From: a virus
Lineage: Duplodnaviria; Caudoviricetes
IMG/VR virus record: IMGVR_UViG_3300020814_000535
Strand: one strand, 5' to 3'
Length of the DNA: 64,000 nt
Shown: positions 18,410 through 28,315 of the stretch, one piece after another
Layout: each line of letters opens with the position of its first letter
Position numbering within the stretch: the first letter of the stretch is position 1
Notes under the pieces: model-generated
The model's database searches: none
The model's input: the letters and a program-made list of their open reading frames with translations, nothing else
What the model was told of the DNA's origin: nothing
Position numbers and translations under genes: made by a program

Positions 18410-18631
18410 CTATGACTTACTTTGTATCTGATTCAATCGATTGGTGAGGAGAGTTACTGATGTCTCTAGAGCAGTGAGGCGAGTAGTTATGTCGTCAAAT
18501 TCGTTCTGACGGATAAGGAGTAGTTGGCGGAACTGTTTGTCAGAAACAGTATTCCTGAGCCAAACCAACATCTTATTGATCGTTGTTTCGATCAGAGACA
18601 TGCGAGATTCTTCGGAACTAGTAAAAGCCAT
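18410..18631 (-). CDS. Small coiled-coil protein
   Basis: 73 aa with a heptad pattern ITTRLTALETSVTLLTNRL. Confidence 0.6.
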   Translation of the reverse strand: MAFTSSEESRMSLIETTINKMLVWLRNTVSDKQFRQLLLIRQNEFDDITTRLTALETSVTLLTNRLNQIQSKS

Positions 18632-18634
18632 TAA

Positions 18635-18937
18635 CTACTTCCAAATCGGGCAAGAGGTGAAAAGCATCAGGATTGCGCCAAGAATACTTGTTAATACCGT
18701 GCCATACATGCCAAAGATGAGCTTTTGTTTAAAACCGATAGTAGCTGTTCTATCTCTAAGGGTATTTACTTCGCCACAAACCTTAGTTTCAAACTTATCA
18801 AACTTTTCATCCAGAGACTGAAAGCCTCTGTCAATCTTGTCTTCCATCCGTTGCATTTGGAGTTCGCGCTTGTTTTCATCTTCTTTAAGGCCAGCTACTT
18901 GGGTTTCGAGAACAATAACCCTACTAGATAGTTCCAA
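18635..18937 (-). CDS. Coiled-coil protein with C-terminal TM helix (holin-like candidate)
   Basis: TTG at 18937 follows GGAGG; coiled coil followed by IFGMYGTVLTSILGAILMLF. Confidence 0.55.
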   Translation of the reverse strand: MELSSRVIVLETQVAGLKEDENKRELQMQRMEDKIDRGFQSLDEKFDKFETKVCGEVNTLRDRTATIGFKQKLIFGMYGTVLTSILGAILMLFTSCPIWK

Positions 18938-18989
18938 GCCTGACCTCCCTAAACTAGTGTCAATAGGTATATAGATTATTATATTTGAA

Positions 18990-19559
18990 TTATTTAGAAT
19001 TGCTAGATTTGTTGATAAACTCTTGTTTAACAAAATCTTTTAGAACAGGAAGAAGGGAGTCGCGAAGAAAAACATATTCTGTATTTGGCTTGTAAACTAT
19101 CCATTCGTAGAGATTATACCAAGCCTCCCAAAGACAATCAGGAGCATTGCTAAGAAACAGGTCTTCGCTCCTTGTATCCAGGGTGTCATCACTCAAGGAA
19201 TCCCAAATCTCTCTAGCTTTTTCTTTTGAGATAAAGTCGTTCTTGCGGTTACAGATCACTTGCGTCTTGAGATTCAGGATAGTCTCTTTTGCATCGAATT
19301 CCCTATTTTTATGAAGGGGTGCTAATTTAGCAGCCAGATACTCGTTCCCAGCAGTTGTAAAGAAGTTCCACCAGTCTTCTTCAGTTCGCCTCCAGGTATA
19401 TGCCCAAGTTCCCCAATCAGAGTTAATCATCAAACAAAACACCTTGCGTGGACAAACGTCTTTGAAGATAACGTAAGCCCAACCAAAAGATTTGAACTCA
19501 AAATGATACAGCGTTACAGGTTCTACAAAAACGCCTTCTGTTTCCAATGGATAGGCCAA
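18990..19559 (-). CDS. Hypothetical phage protein
   Basis: 189 aa with a TTG start after AAGGGTG. Confidence 0.7.
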   Translation of the reverse strand: MAYPLETEGVFVEPVTLYHFEFKSFGWAYVIFKDVCPRKVFCLMINSDWGTWAYTWRRTEEDWWNFFTTAGNEYLAAKLAPLHKNREFDAKETILNLKTQVICNRKNDFISKEKAREIWDSLSDDTLDTRSEDLFLSNAPDCLWEAWYNLYEWIVYKPNTEYVFLRDSLLPVLKDFVKQEFINKSSNSK

Positions 19560-19569
19560 ATATCACCCT

Positions 19570-21594
19570 TTACTTAAAATTACTCAAATCATAATCGACC
19601 ATCCGATGAACTAGCGTCTTGAAATCAACCTCTGGCTTCCAACCGAGTTCCTGTCTTATTTTGGTGGAGTCGCCGATTAACACATCTACCTCTGCGGGGC
19701 GAAAGAATCGAGGATCGATCTTTACATACTGTTGGTAGTCTCCCAATCCAGCGTATTCAAAAGCTATCTCACAGAACTCTCTTACTGAGTGAGTTTCCCC
19801 AGAAGCTAGAACGTAATCCTTGGGTTCAGGAGATTTGGTCAACATCAGGATCTGCCCCTTACAAACGTCAGAAGCACAAGACCAATCTCTTTTGGCGTCT
19901 AGGTTTCCGAGAAAGATAAAATTCGTGCGCTTGTTCTTAATAGACGCAACACCAAGTGTAATCTTTCGGGTAACAAAGTTGGGGCCGCGCTTTCCTGGAG
20001 AATTAGATACAACCAAATTTCCTACGCCAGCCATCAATTTTCCGCTTTCGGTTTCTACATTGAAAACAAAAGTATGTTCGTTGTCTCTTGTAAAAGAGAA
20101 TTTCTTCTTCAATATATCTGTTTCTTTTTTTGCAAAACCACGCCCTTCGTGCAAGTCAGAATGCAGATTCACTTGATAATACAGTCTGTCTCGTTGTTCA
20201 AACTTATTGATATTAAAAGTTTGTCCCGTTATGTTTTGAACCAAGAACAATAACCCTTGACAAAGAAGAGCGGAATTACTTTTAAATGACTTAAACTCAT
20301 ACACGCAGGAATCTTTTTTGAGACCATCGCCAGCGTAGTATCCCCTAAAAAATGCTAATTGAACTTCTTTGGTAGCATTTAGAATAATAGAGGGCACCTT
20401 CTTGTGTTTTGTATTTTTGTCGTAAAGCTCCTTTCTCAGGAAGTCTTTCTGCTCCTTCGGAATCCCATTGACGCAAATACGCTCACTAGAAGAATTTTCA
20501 AACCCAGATTCTCCAATTCTCTTCACAAAGGTCACATCGCAAAAACACTTTTTTGTAATTTCAATAAAATATTGTTGTAAATCTGGGTCGATATTTGAGA
20601 AGCCCACATCGTGAGAGTCTTCTGCGATGTGGCCTTCTGAAGTCAACATTCCTAAGAATTCTGCAAAAGGAAGAGACATCTCCTTGGCATTAATGTGAGG
20701 TGGAAAAGTTCCAAGCTTAAGTATGTCTCCTTCGGAAAGATTAAAACACTCCGTTTTCTCTTCCGTCTGTAATATCATTTTGTGATTAGGCGTTACATCT
20801 ACACACCCACCCCGACAGTTCACAATCTCTCTAGACTGATACTTTTCCTCTAATGTTTTAATTTTTCTTTTTGATACAAGAATCAATTTAACAAACTTTT
20901 CTCCATCCCAAATTTCAGTATCTGCTTCTGAATAATCTTTTTCCTTATATAAAATATCCGATTTATTTGTTACCAAAGATGAAACGTAAACGATGTCAAT
21001 ATCTTCTTTATTTCGCCTAATAATAATAGGCGTGTCAGGAAAGAAACACTCATGGTTAAAAGAAATGCTATTACAAGCAAAAATCTTATATGATTCTCTA
21101 TAGTTTACACATGCCCAGAATCCAAAAAGTTTTGCTACCCCATACGGACTTCTTGGATGAAAAGGAGATTCCTCATTGCAAAGGTTGTCAGACATCCCTC
21201 CAAACAATTCGCTTGTGCTGGCCTGAAGAAATTTTGTATGAATGCCTGACTGTCGAATAGCTTCAAGGCAATTGATAACACCCACGCCGGTTACTTCGGC
21301 AGTAAAAATAGGTTGTTCAAAGGAAGTTCCAACGTGGGATTGTGCAGCTTCATTAAAAAAGAGATCAGCTTTCGCTAATTTACACAACCTCAATAAGCTT
21401 GGTAGGTCCGTCAAATCGCCTTCAACTACCTCGAGATTCTTGTTTCCCTCGAGATTTGCGGCGCAACCCAAATCCAACCCACGAGACGAACGCCTGATAA
21501 AACCAAAGACTTTGTATCCATCTTTCAATAGTAGTTCAGCCAGGATACTTCCATCCTGTCCTGTTAGACCAGTAACAATAGCTGTTTTCTGCAA
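19570..21594 (-). CDS. gmd: GDP-mannose 4,6-dehydratase with intein
   Basis: TGLTGQDG, AAQSHV, QASTSELFG, PRSPYGVAK, FNHE/SP, FVTRKI, GNLDAKRDW and RPAEVD. Confidence 0.95.
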   Translation of the reverse strand: MQKTAIVTGLTGQDGSILAELLLKDGYKVFGFIRRSSRGLDLGCAANLEGNKNLEVVEGDLTDLPSLLRLCKLAKADLFFNEAAQSHVGTSFEQPIFTAEVTGVGVINCLEAIRQSGIHTKFLQASTSELFGGMSDNLCNEESPFHPRSPYGVAKLFGFWACVNYRESYKIFACNSISFNHECFFPDTPIIIRRNKEDIDIVYVSSLVTNKSDILYKEKDYSEADTEIWDGEKFVKLILVSKRKIKTLEEKYQSREIVNCRGGCVDVTPNHKMILQTEEKTECFNLSEGDILKLGTFPPHINAKEMSLPFAEFLGMLTSEGHIAEDSHDVGFSNIDPDLQQYFIEITKKCFCDVTFVKRIGESGFENSSSERICVNGIPKEQKDFLRKELYDKNTKHKKVPSIILNATKEVQLAFFRGYYAGDGLKKDSCVYEFKSFKSNSALLCQGLLFLVQNITGQTFNINKFEQRDRLYYQVNLHSDLHEGRGFAKKETDILKKKFSFTRDNEHTFVFNVETESGKLMAGVGNLVVSNSPGKRGPNFVTRKITLGVASIKNKRTNFIFLGNLDAKRDWSCASDVCKGQILMLTKSPEPKDYVLASGETHSVREFCEIAFEYAGLGDYQQYVKIDPRFFRPAEVDVLIGDSTKIRQELGWKPEVDFKTLVHRMVDYDLSNFK
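20002..21048 (-). mobile_element. Intein with LAGLIDADG endonuclease (349 aa) in Gmd
   Basis: Starts CFFPDTPI; block B VTPNH; FLGMLTSEG and FFRGYYAGDG; ends VFNVETESG...VVSN/S. Removing it restores FNHESP. Confidence 0.92.
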
Positions 21595-21649
21595 TGGGAC
21601 TCCTTAGAAGCTTATTTCTAGGACTATCAGGTTTGAAGAGGATTGTAAA

Positions 21650-22342
21650 CTAGAAAGTAAACTCAGGATGGGGAGCAATGCCGACGATTGGGTTGTCGGA
21701 TAGCTGGATCGTTTTGGTGTTACCGGCCGATTCTAAGACTAGGGTACCGTCGCCATATCCAACAATGAAGCCTGTTTTCAATTCGACACAAGAAGTTATA
21801 GTTTGTTCTCTACGTCTACCTCTATATGAAATTTCGGCCAAAGAAGAAATGTTAAAATATGCCATTCCTGCAAGATTTGTATCTAAGTTAACTTTAGACA
21901 AACACCCATTAGCTTTGATCAACACATTCGGAGGCACAACGTCCAAGATCTCACCAGGAAGGCTGCCCAAATCTTTCAGCAGATAGAACTCTCCCCACGG
22001 GTTGAGATAGAAGACTTTCTTGTTCCCGCCGGAAACAACTAAAGTCCCTCCGTCAGTTGGATGGATAGCTTTAATATCCCAGCAGTCGAAATACTTGTAG
22101 GCAGCTTGGATATCGAGTGTGTCGGCATTAAGCCTGACCACGGCATTGCCAAATGCCACCCAAATTGCATTGTTAAAAAAGGCGCAGCCGACTATCTCGT
22201 AATGCGGATTTATTCCTCCAAGAAATGGGAAGTCTAAAAGTTTCCGAGAAATCGGCCAACCACTAAAATCCCAGCAGATCACCTCTCCCGGATACATATT
22301 TGAAGGAGCAAACTTTGTTGCTACATAAATCCTATTACTCAT
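21650..22342 (-). CDS. Hypothetical beta-strand-rich (propeller-like) protein
   Basis: 230 aa with repeated short hydrophobic strands, lying inside the glycan cluster. Confidence 0.6.
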   Translation of the reverse strand: MSNRIYVATKFAPSNMYPGEVICWDFSGWPISRKLLDFPFLGGINPHYEIVGCAFFNNAIWVAFGNAVVRLNADTLDIQAAYKYFDCWDIKAIHPTDGGTLVVSGGNKKVFYLNPWGEFYLLKDLGSLPGEILDVVPPNVLIKANGCLSKVNLDTNLAGMAYFNISSLAEISYRGRRREQTITSCVELKTGFIVGYGDGTLVLESAGNTKTIQLSDNPIVGIAPHPEFTF

Positions 22343-24561
22343 CGCAAATTACTCAAAAATACTTTAATATTCTCAAACTCAGCATCAAAATCAACAATCT
22401 GTTTAAACCTCTTATAAGCATTCTCACACATCTTTCTGTGGTTATCTGGTTGAGAAAAGAAACGAATCAATTGAGAGTTTTCGTGAATTGAACGTCTGGA
22501 GATATCGATGCAGGTGGAACCGTCAATAAGAAGAGGTTCGGCTAGCTTGCCTTTATAGTAATTTACTTTCATAAAAGCAGGGCGTCCGACAGCATAGGCA
22601 TTATGAAGGCTATTGCCCGTCACAACCGGGATCCCATTTCTTCTTGTAACAACCAATGAGTTGGGGACAGTCACGCAATAAACCATCCCTTTGTAGGAGA
22701 CCAATTTATAAGGCTCAAACAGCTTTCTTTTTGTCAGAAGATGAGAATAACTTGGGCTTAATTCTGTGCTTATACTCAAACTCCAGAGATATTGTTTCCC
22801 AATATTTACAGGGTTCTTTCTCCTCATCCGAGAGCGAAGGCCTAGTTTAATTGCTATCTCTTGCAAGCTATCTGCCATTCTTTTGGAAGAAATGCTTATT
22901 GTAATAGCGGTAGATTTCCCCTTTTGGATCTTATTAATTCCGTCCTCTTGAGCAACAGAATCTATTCGTTTGAATCTACACATCTTTTCCTCACCACCCG
23001 ACCTTTGATCGATAGTTCCGTCTCCAAGGGTAAAAGCTTCAAGGAAGCTCCATAATATCTCGCGGTTCCCGTTAAGAATTTCCGGGGGAATAAATTTGTC
23101 GTAACATTTTCCATATTCCTTAAAAACGTCATACAACTCCTTGCTTCCAACCCATAAGCGATAAACCTGCTTCTTAGGGCAAGGATCTCCGTTTTTGCGA
23201 TAGAGCTGTCTTTTTCTTTCCATAGAACATTTTGATATGGAACTATTTGTATAGCCTAAACTATTCAGAAGTTTTTGAACCTCTTCAATATACTGAAAGT
23301 TTGTATTGTCTATTATAACTGCGTGAGCGCCCTCTTTGGCCTCGCCAGTGATCCTGCTTTTGTAATTAGTTTTCTTGACACAACCTTCTGCTAAATACCA
23401 GCCAAGGAAGCGGGCTTTTTCTATAGAGCAGGTGTTTCCGCCCTTCCATTCGTCAGCAGCTACCTTGAATCCAACTCTTTTACGAGGAGACCGACTTATA
23501 TAATTTAGATCTTTGGCCTCTTTGAAACGCCATCCTTTAGAGGAACTGTCGTCGGCATATTCTTCAATCCACATTCGATGGTTCGGGGTTACCAATACAT
23601 CCATGATTCGACTATCAAAATGACACATATCTCCTTTGTATTCGAAGGCATGATAAGCGGTTGGTTGCTGATATTGCAGTTCTCCTGTTTTCTGGTTTAG
23701 AGTGGCAACCTTGTCTTTTGGATTTAACTCGGGGAACAACTTCCAGCCGGAATCCGTAAGCACTTCAGTGTCTTCTGAGTGACAGTGGCCCATTCCGTCC
23801 CCCTCCGGCTTCGTGCTGTAAAACCATCCCATTTCCCTGCATGCATCTGCTATATCTCCCATGTAACACAAATCATATTCCATCCCCGCTCCGTACGTCT
23901 TAAACTCAAATTCAGGAAGAGCCTGCTTGTAAGCTCGGTGGAGTTCCATCTCTCTCATGTAGTGGATGAACGAGTAGACCTTGTTGTGGCTTGTCGGCGG
24001 TTCGTAACGAAAGACGTCCAGGTCGAATTCCTGGTGATAATAACAAACATTAATATCTGGAGGCACTGCGAACGGAGCTGTAGATGCCAGGATATTCTTT
24101 ACACCAGGCAGATGTCCCCAGGCATTCCCCACTTGGAAGATATGTTTCGCTTGCGGCTGAAACTGGGCAATAAGATTATTGTAAATAGGAATATGGGAAG
24201 GTACGGAAGAAATAATGATATCAAACTTTGTCTCTTTGAACTTCTCTAGAGTAATCCCTCTGTGGACCTTTTTAGTAGAAGGATCTTCGATGTAATAAAT
24301 ACCGTCTTCTACTGTGTAATGGTCGTTTAGCTTCATGCGTTCCGGGAGGAGGAAACCATGTACATCTCTTTTGAAGCACTGCTCTAGGGTCAAGTATTGT
24401 CTGGCCGTGCTTTCGTGTACTCCTGGATAAAGTTGCCAGTAGCCTTGTTGATGCCATTCAATACCTGCTGGACGATAAAGTTCGCAGTTCAGTCGTTTCT
24501 CAAAGAGAAGTTGAAGAGAATAAAAGAGCGCACAATGATGAAGATCTGCAAAAACTTTCAT
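22339..24561 (-). CDS. GT-B (GT4-like) glycosyltransferase with intein
   Basis: The spliced C-lobe reads KPEGDGMGHSLHNAYAVGRP...LLIDGST, a GT-B sugar-nucleotide-binding pattern. Confidence 0.8.
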   Translation of the reverse strand: MKVFADLHHCALFYSLQLLFEKRLNCELYRPAGIEWHQQGYWQLYPGVHESTARQYLTLEQCFKRDVHGFLLPERMKLNDHYTVEDGIYYIEDPSTKKVHRGITLEKFKETKFDIIISSVPSHIPIYNNLIAQFQPQAKHIFQVGNAWGHLPGVKNILASTAPFAVPPDINVCYYHQEFDLDVFRYEPPTSHNKVYSFIHYMREMELHRAYKQALPEFEFKTYGAGMEYDLCYMGDIADACREMGWFYSTKPEGDGMGHCHSEDTEVLTDSGWKLFPELNPKDKVATLNQKTGELQYQQPTAYHAFEYKGDMCHFDSRIMDVLVTPNHRMWIEEYADDSSSKGWRFKEAKDLNYISRSPRKRVGFKVAADEWKGGNTCSIEKARFLGWYLAEGCVKKTNYKSRITGEAKEGAHAVIIDNTNFQYIEEVQKLLNSLGYTNSSISKCSMERKRQLYRKNGDPCPKKQVYRLWVGSKELYDVFKEYGKCYDKFIPPEILNGNREILWSFLEAFTLGDGTIDQRSGGEEKMCRFKRIDSVAQEDGINKIQKGKSTAITISISSKRMADSLQEIAIKLGLRSRMRRKNPVNIGKQYLWSLSISTELSPSYSHLLTKRKLFEPYKLVSYKGMVYCVTVPNSLVVTRRNGIPVVTGNSLHNAYAVGRPAFMKVNYYKGKLAEPLLIDGSTCIDISRRSIHENSQLIRFFSQPDNHRKMCENAYKRFKQIVDFDAEFENIKVFLSNLR
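22612..23784 (-). mobile_element. Intein with LAGLIDADG endonuclease (391 aa)
   Basis: Starts CHSEDTEVLTDSGWK; VTPNHRM; FLGWYLAEG and FLEAFTLGDG; ends VYCVTVPN...VVTGN/S. Confidence 0.92.
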
Positions 24562-24564
24562 AGT

Positions 24565-25359
24565 TTACCTTCGACCTTTATTGCCGACAATGGCTCCTTT
24601 TAAGACTGGCGACTTAATGTTGTAATCTTCGAACAAGGTGTAAAGATCTCTGCTGTCTTTCGGCAAGCATTTTCCACCAAAACCTCTAAATCCATCTGGA
24701 CCTGGGACATGAGTATGTTGATCTAGAACCCATGCGTTCTTGCCTTCCCATACAAAATTCTCTCTGAATTCTGAATAGTCGATTCCCATTACTTCACATA
24801 AATCAAACAGCTCGTTCATGTATTCGACCTTAATGGCATACAAGCTATTTCGCGCCATCTTAATTAACTCAGCCACTTTTGGTGTTGTGATTTTTATTTT
24901 AACGCCTGGACCAAGAAGATCTCTGTAAAGCACAGAAACCTTTTCTGCGGCCTCCTGATTAATCGTTCCAATGATAACTTCGTCTGCATGTAGAAAATCT
25001 GTATTAGCTGTTCGCTCCGTAAGAAATTCTGGGTTAAAGACAATTCTGTCTGTCCCGAAGTATGTTATTAAATCTTCGGTCACTCCAACGGGGATCGTAG
25101 ACTTGATAACAAGAATGCCTTCTCTATTGCTCCGCTTCTCCCATAACTCCACAGATTCTTTAACAGCTGACAAATCAAGTTTCTTGCCATTTAGATTTGT
25201 TGGGACACACACAAAGACGACATCTTGTTCAACCACAGACAAAGAGTTGTCTTTGTGTTCATCGATAAATTTGTCATATATAACAATTGGCGAATTTAGT
25301 CTCATCGCACTCGTCGCTTTTCCGACAAAGCCGTAACCAATAATCCCTACAGTTATCAT
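24565..25359 (-). CDS. UDP-glucose/GDP-mannose dehydrogenase family (short form)
   Basis: GYGFVG, VCVPT, KSTIPVG, NPEFL and GFGGKCLPKD; lacks the C-terminal domain. Confidence 0.92.
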   Translation of the reverse strand: MITVGIIGYGFVGKATSAMRLNSPIVIYDKFIDEHKDNSLSVVEQDVVFVCVPTNLNGKKLDLSAVKESVELWEKRSNREGILVIKSTIPVGVTEDLITYFGTDRIVFNPEFLTERTANTDFLHADEVIIGTINQEAAEKVSVLYRDLLGPGVKIKITTPKVAELIKMARNSLYAIKVEYMNELFDLCEVMGIDYSEFRENFVWEGKNAWVLDQHTHVPGPDGFRGFGGKCLPKDSRDLYTLFEDYNIKSPVLKGAIVGNKGRR

Positions 25360-25368
25360 GCTTCTCCT

Positions 25369-26187
25369 TTAGTACCTAAGAGCTGGAGGAGGATTCCAAT
25401 TTCCGGGAAACTTGGGATGATAGAAAGGCTCACAGACACTCCATTCATTTACCCCTTTAATCGGATCGTTAAACGGAGTGCAGTATTGTTCGCTTCCATG
25501 GTTCCCACCCCATTTTGCCACATAGTAGGTCGACCATCTATGGCAATTATGTTGATGCAGGCTTAATAAATCTGGATCTGTATTACAAGCTACAGATGCG
25601 CCGTAGGAGTGAACGACGTCTTCTTGTCCCAGACATTTAACAAGAGAAGAGCTTTGAGTATTTATAGTTGAACGCTCTCCAGCTTTTGCAACTCTGTGGC
25701 CTACGCCGTTAAATTTTGACCGATGACTATAGTCTGTATCTTCATAATAAATAGGCCAAAAGTTCTCATCAAAATACCCGCCCATTTCAACTCCGAGCTT
25801 TGTATGAGCGAAACAATGAAGGCTGGCCGAGCTAGAACAAATATACCTGCACATCTTTTCATTTTCTTCTTGTCGAAGAATGGCCTCGACAAACCATTGG
25901 ACAGGCTTATCAAAGACAGCTGATGCAGATAGGATAATCACAAAATCATCTTGATCTTCCATCATCCGACGCATACCCAGGTTCCAGCTGGCCCCTAAGC
26001 CAAGGTTGTAAGTGCAGCCGTAGGTCTCGGCACCTCTACGAGCAAATTCTTTCACAAACTTTTCTGTCTCTGGATCGGTCCAGTTATTTACGACGATCGT
26101 TTGCTTTTCGAGACCAGCAAGATCAGAAAGTTTTTGTTCGACCAAAGAAGCTGGGGTAGTTACGGGAAGAAGAATTTTAAACGACAT
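25369..26187 (-). CDS. GT2-like glycosyltransferase
   Basis: IVVNN, NLGLGASWN, GYFDENFWPIYYEDTDY and AKWG. Confidence 0.8.
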   Translation of the reverse strand: MSFKILLPVTTPASLVEQKLSDLAGLEKQTIVVNNWTDPETEKFVKEFARRGAETYGCTYNLGLGASWNLGMRRMMEDQDDFVIILSASAVFDKPVQWFVEAILRQEENEKMCRYICSSSASLHCFAHTKLGVEMGGYFDENFWPIYYEDTDYSHRSKFNGVGHRVAKAGERSTINTQSSSLVKCLGQEDVVHSYGASVACNTDPDLLSLHQHNCHRWSTYYVAKWGGNHGSEQYCTPFNDPIKGVNEWSVCEPFYHPKFPGNWNPPPALRY

Positions 26188-26738
26188 TATAGCTTTCTGT
26201 ACGCAATCACTTGATTTCTAGGACTATTTTCATCAGTATCTCCAAACCAACCAACAAGCTCTATGGGTAAATACTTGCATAATTCAAACCAAAAGTCTCT
26301 AAGAAACCTCACACAATCAACAGGTATTCTGTGCAGCTGAAAATCTGGACCAACGGTATGAATAAAAATATAGCCACCTTGCTTGCACATATTAGCCATA
26401 TTTTCGACAAATATGCTAGGTCGGCATACATGCTCAAGTGTAGCTTGGGAGAAAATAGAGTCGTATTTTTTTGTAACCGGCTGAATAATGCACAGATCTT
26501 TCTCTGGAGTTTCTCCTTTTTCTCCCTCATATCCTAAAGCGTAAAAAACTATATCAGGAAACTGACCTTGAAGAACGGAGATAACTTCTTTTGGTTCTGC
26601 CACCAAAAGACACTCTCCGGCCGGGGAGTAGTGCTCAAGCATATCTAAAAGCTGTTTTACAAAGAAACGAGAGATGTTCGGGGCTACAAGATGCTCTCTA
26701 GTCGAAGGGATCTTAGACCAGTCTTTAAATTCTGACAT
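26187..26738 (-). CDS. Class I SAM methyltransferase
   Basis: YDSIFSQATLEHV, KQGG and H..PVDC.RF. Confidence 0.75.
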   Translation of the reverse strand: MSEFKDWSKIPSTREHLVAPNISRFFVKQLLDMLEHYSPAGECLLVAEPKEVISVLQGQFPDIVFYALGYEGEKGETPEKDLCIIQPVTKKYDSIFSQATLEHVCRPSIFVENMANMCKQGGYIFIHTVGPDFQLHRIPVDCVRFLRDFWFELCKYLPIELVGWFGDTDENSPRNQVIAYRKL

Positions 26739-27707
26739 CTATTTATTTTCTTTTGTTTTGCTAATTGCAAATTCCACAATATCTTTTAAAGTTCTAGTCG
26801 GCTGCCAACCAGTGTCCTTTTGAACGAGATCGATATTAGGTATCTTTTCCCAAGCTTCTGCGAAAGTTGGCCCATGCTCAATCTGTGGATCAACGATATT
26901 AATTGGAGAGCTTGACCCCGTGTACTCGACAACCATCTTTGCTAAATCCATAATCGAATGCAGATTAGCTGGATTCCCCACATTGTAGATTCGGCCGTTC
27001 GAGCCCTTTCTCATTATAAGAATAATTCCCTCAACAAAGTCTCTAACATCGGTAAAAGTTCTGCGTTGTGTTCCTGGCTGATAAACCGTCAACGGAAGTC
27101 CAGACAGTGCTTGTTGTAGAAAACGAGGCAATACAAACCCTGCAGCCGCCTGTTGTCCGTAAGAAACGATATTATATGGGCGAACAATATTGCAGCGTAA
27201 ACCAAACCTGGTTACGAGATTAGTTAAGAATACCTCGCATAACAACTTAGATACACCGTATTCCAGACGCACGGTTATATTAGAAGGAACAACCTTCTCG
27301 ATATTTTCCTTTTGAGGGATTCCATTCGGGTCTTTTCCGTAAACCTCAGAAGTGCTGATATCAATCAGTTTTGCACCTTGTTCCATGGCCAGCTTTGCCA
27401 TCTTCGCTGTATCCGCCACAATCATTGGCCCCATCTCTCCAGCCCACTTCAAAACTCCAACTGGGCCAACAGGCGAAGCTAGATGGTAGATTTCATCATA
27501 CCTATTGTTGGCCTCAAATTGCTGAACCGAACAAATCTCTATATGGACTCGAGGATCGGATAGAATACTGTCCCCTGAAAGGAGAGAACTGTTCGACAGA
27601 TTGTCGCAGCCATCAATAAGCTCTGTCTCAGAATCTTCGAGGAGATAGTTTGTGAGAACTCTGCCAATGAACCCGGTAATACCAGTAACAAGAATTTTTT
27701 TAGACAA
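26739..27707 (-). CDS. NAD-dependent epimerase/dehydratase, UDP-glucuronate decarboxylase-like
   Basis: TGITGFIG, IYHLASP, STSEVYG, YGVSK, QRRTF and YNVGNP. Confidence 0.85.
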   Translation of the reverse strand: MSKKILVTGITGFIGRVLTNYLLEDSETELIDGCDNLSNSSLLSGDSILSDPRVHIEICSVQQFEANNRYDEIYHLASPVGPVGVLKWAGEMGPMIVADTAKMAKLAMEQGAKLIDISTSEVYGKDPNGIPQKENIEKVVPSNITVRLEYGVSKLLCEVFLTNLVTRFGLRCNIVRPYNIVSYGQQAAAGFVLPRFLQQALSGLPLTVYQPGTQRRTFTDVRDFVEGIILIMRKGSNGRIYNVGNPANLHSIMDLAKMVVEYTGSSSPINIVDPQIEHGPTFAEAWEKIPNIDLVQKDTGWQPTRTLKDIVEFAISKTKENK

Positions 27708-27715
27708 AATCTCTC

Positions 27716-28315
27716 CTATAGTCTAGAGGCGATCTCTTTAAACTCCTCTATTGTGTAAAGACGAAGATCTGCAGTCTTCTTGCGAAAATCTTCGTAAGAT
27801 AAACAAGCGTCAACCTCTTCAGGTTGAATTGAAGAAAGTTTTTCTGCTCCTCGCACAATGGTAACGCCATAATCGCTGTCACAAACCCAAAGGTCAACAA
27901 GCCCTTGCTCAGCTCTAACCTTCAAAGGAAGAAGGACTTTGTAAGCATCTTCGCAGTACCAACGAGCGGTAAGACTGGCTTCCTGTGGAAAGAGATCGTG
28001 CAAAATGATAATTCCGCCTTTTTCCAAGTGAGCAATTGAGTTGTTGAGATCTTGCAGAACGCATCGCCAAGCATGATCCGCATCAATATAAATTAGATCC
28101 CACTTTTGACTTGGAAAAATACTCTGAAAAAACGAACCTGTATCTGTTAAACAGAATTTAAAATCCGGAGATTCTATAAGGTGGCTTTGGATATCTACGC
28201 CAATCTTCTCCCTCGCTCCTACCGACGCAAGGTGATGTCCACCAGCGACCCCAAGCTCTAGATAACGCGCCACTTGAAGCTTCGGCCAATTGCAAATAAA
28301 CCAACTAATCGCCAT
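27716..28315 (-). CDS. Class I SAM methyltransferase (Methyltransf_24-like)
   Basis: YLELGV, DLIYIDADH and GGIIILHD. Confidence 0.85.
   Translation of the reverse strand: MAISWFICNWPKLQVARYLELGVAGGHHLASVGAREKIGVDIQSHLIESPDFKFCLTDTGSFFQSIFPSQKWDLIYIDADHAWRCVLQDLNNSIAHLEKGGIIILHDLFPQEASLTARWYCEDAYKVLLPLKVRAEQGLVDLWVCDSDYGVTIVRGAEKLSSIQPEEVDACLSYEDFRKKTADLRLYTIEEFKEIASRL

Noticed and set aside
11620-18410. CRISPR-Cas locus suggested by TnpB/Cas12-like and Cas4-like genes
   Set aside because: No repeat-spacer array and no cas1/cas2 seen; the TnpB has IS-type 3' structure.
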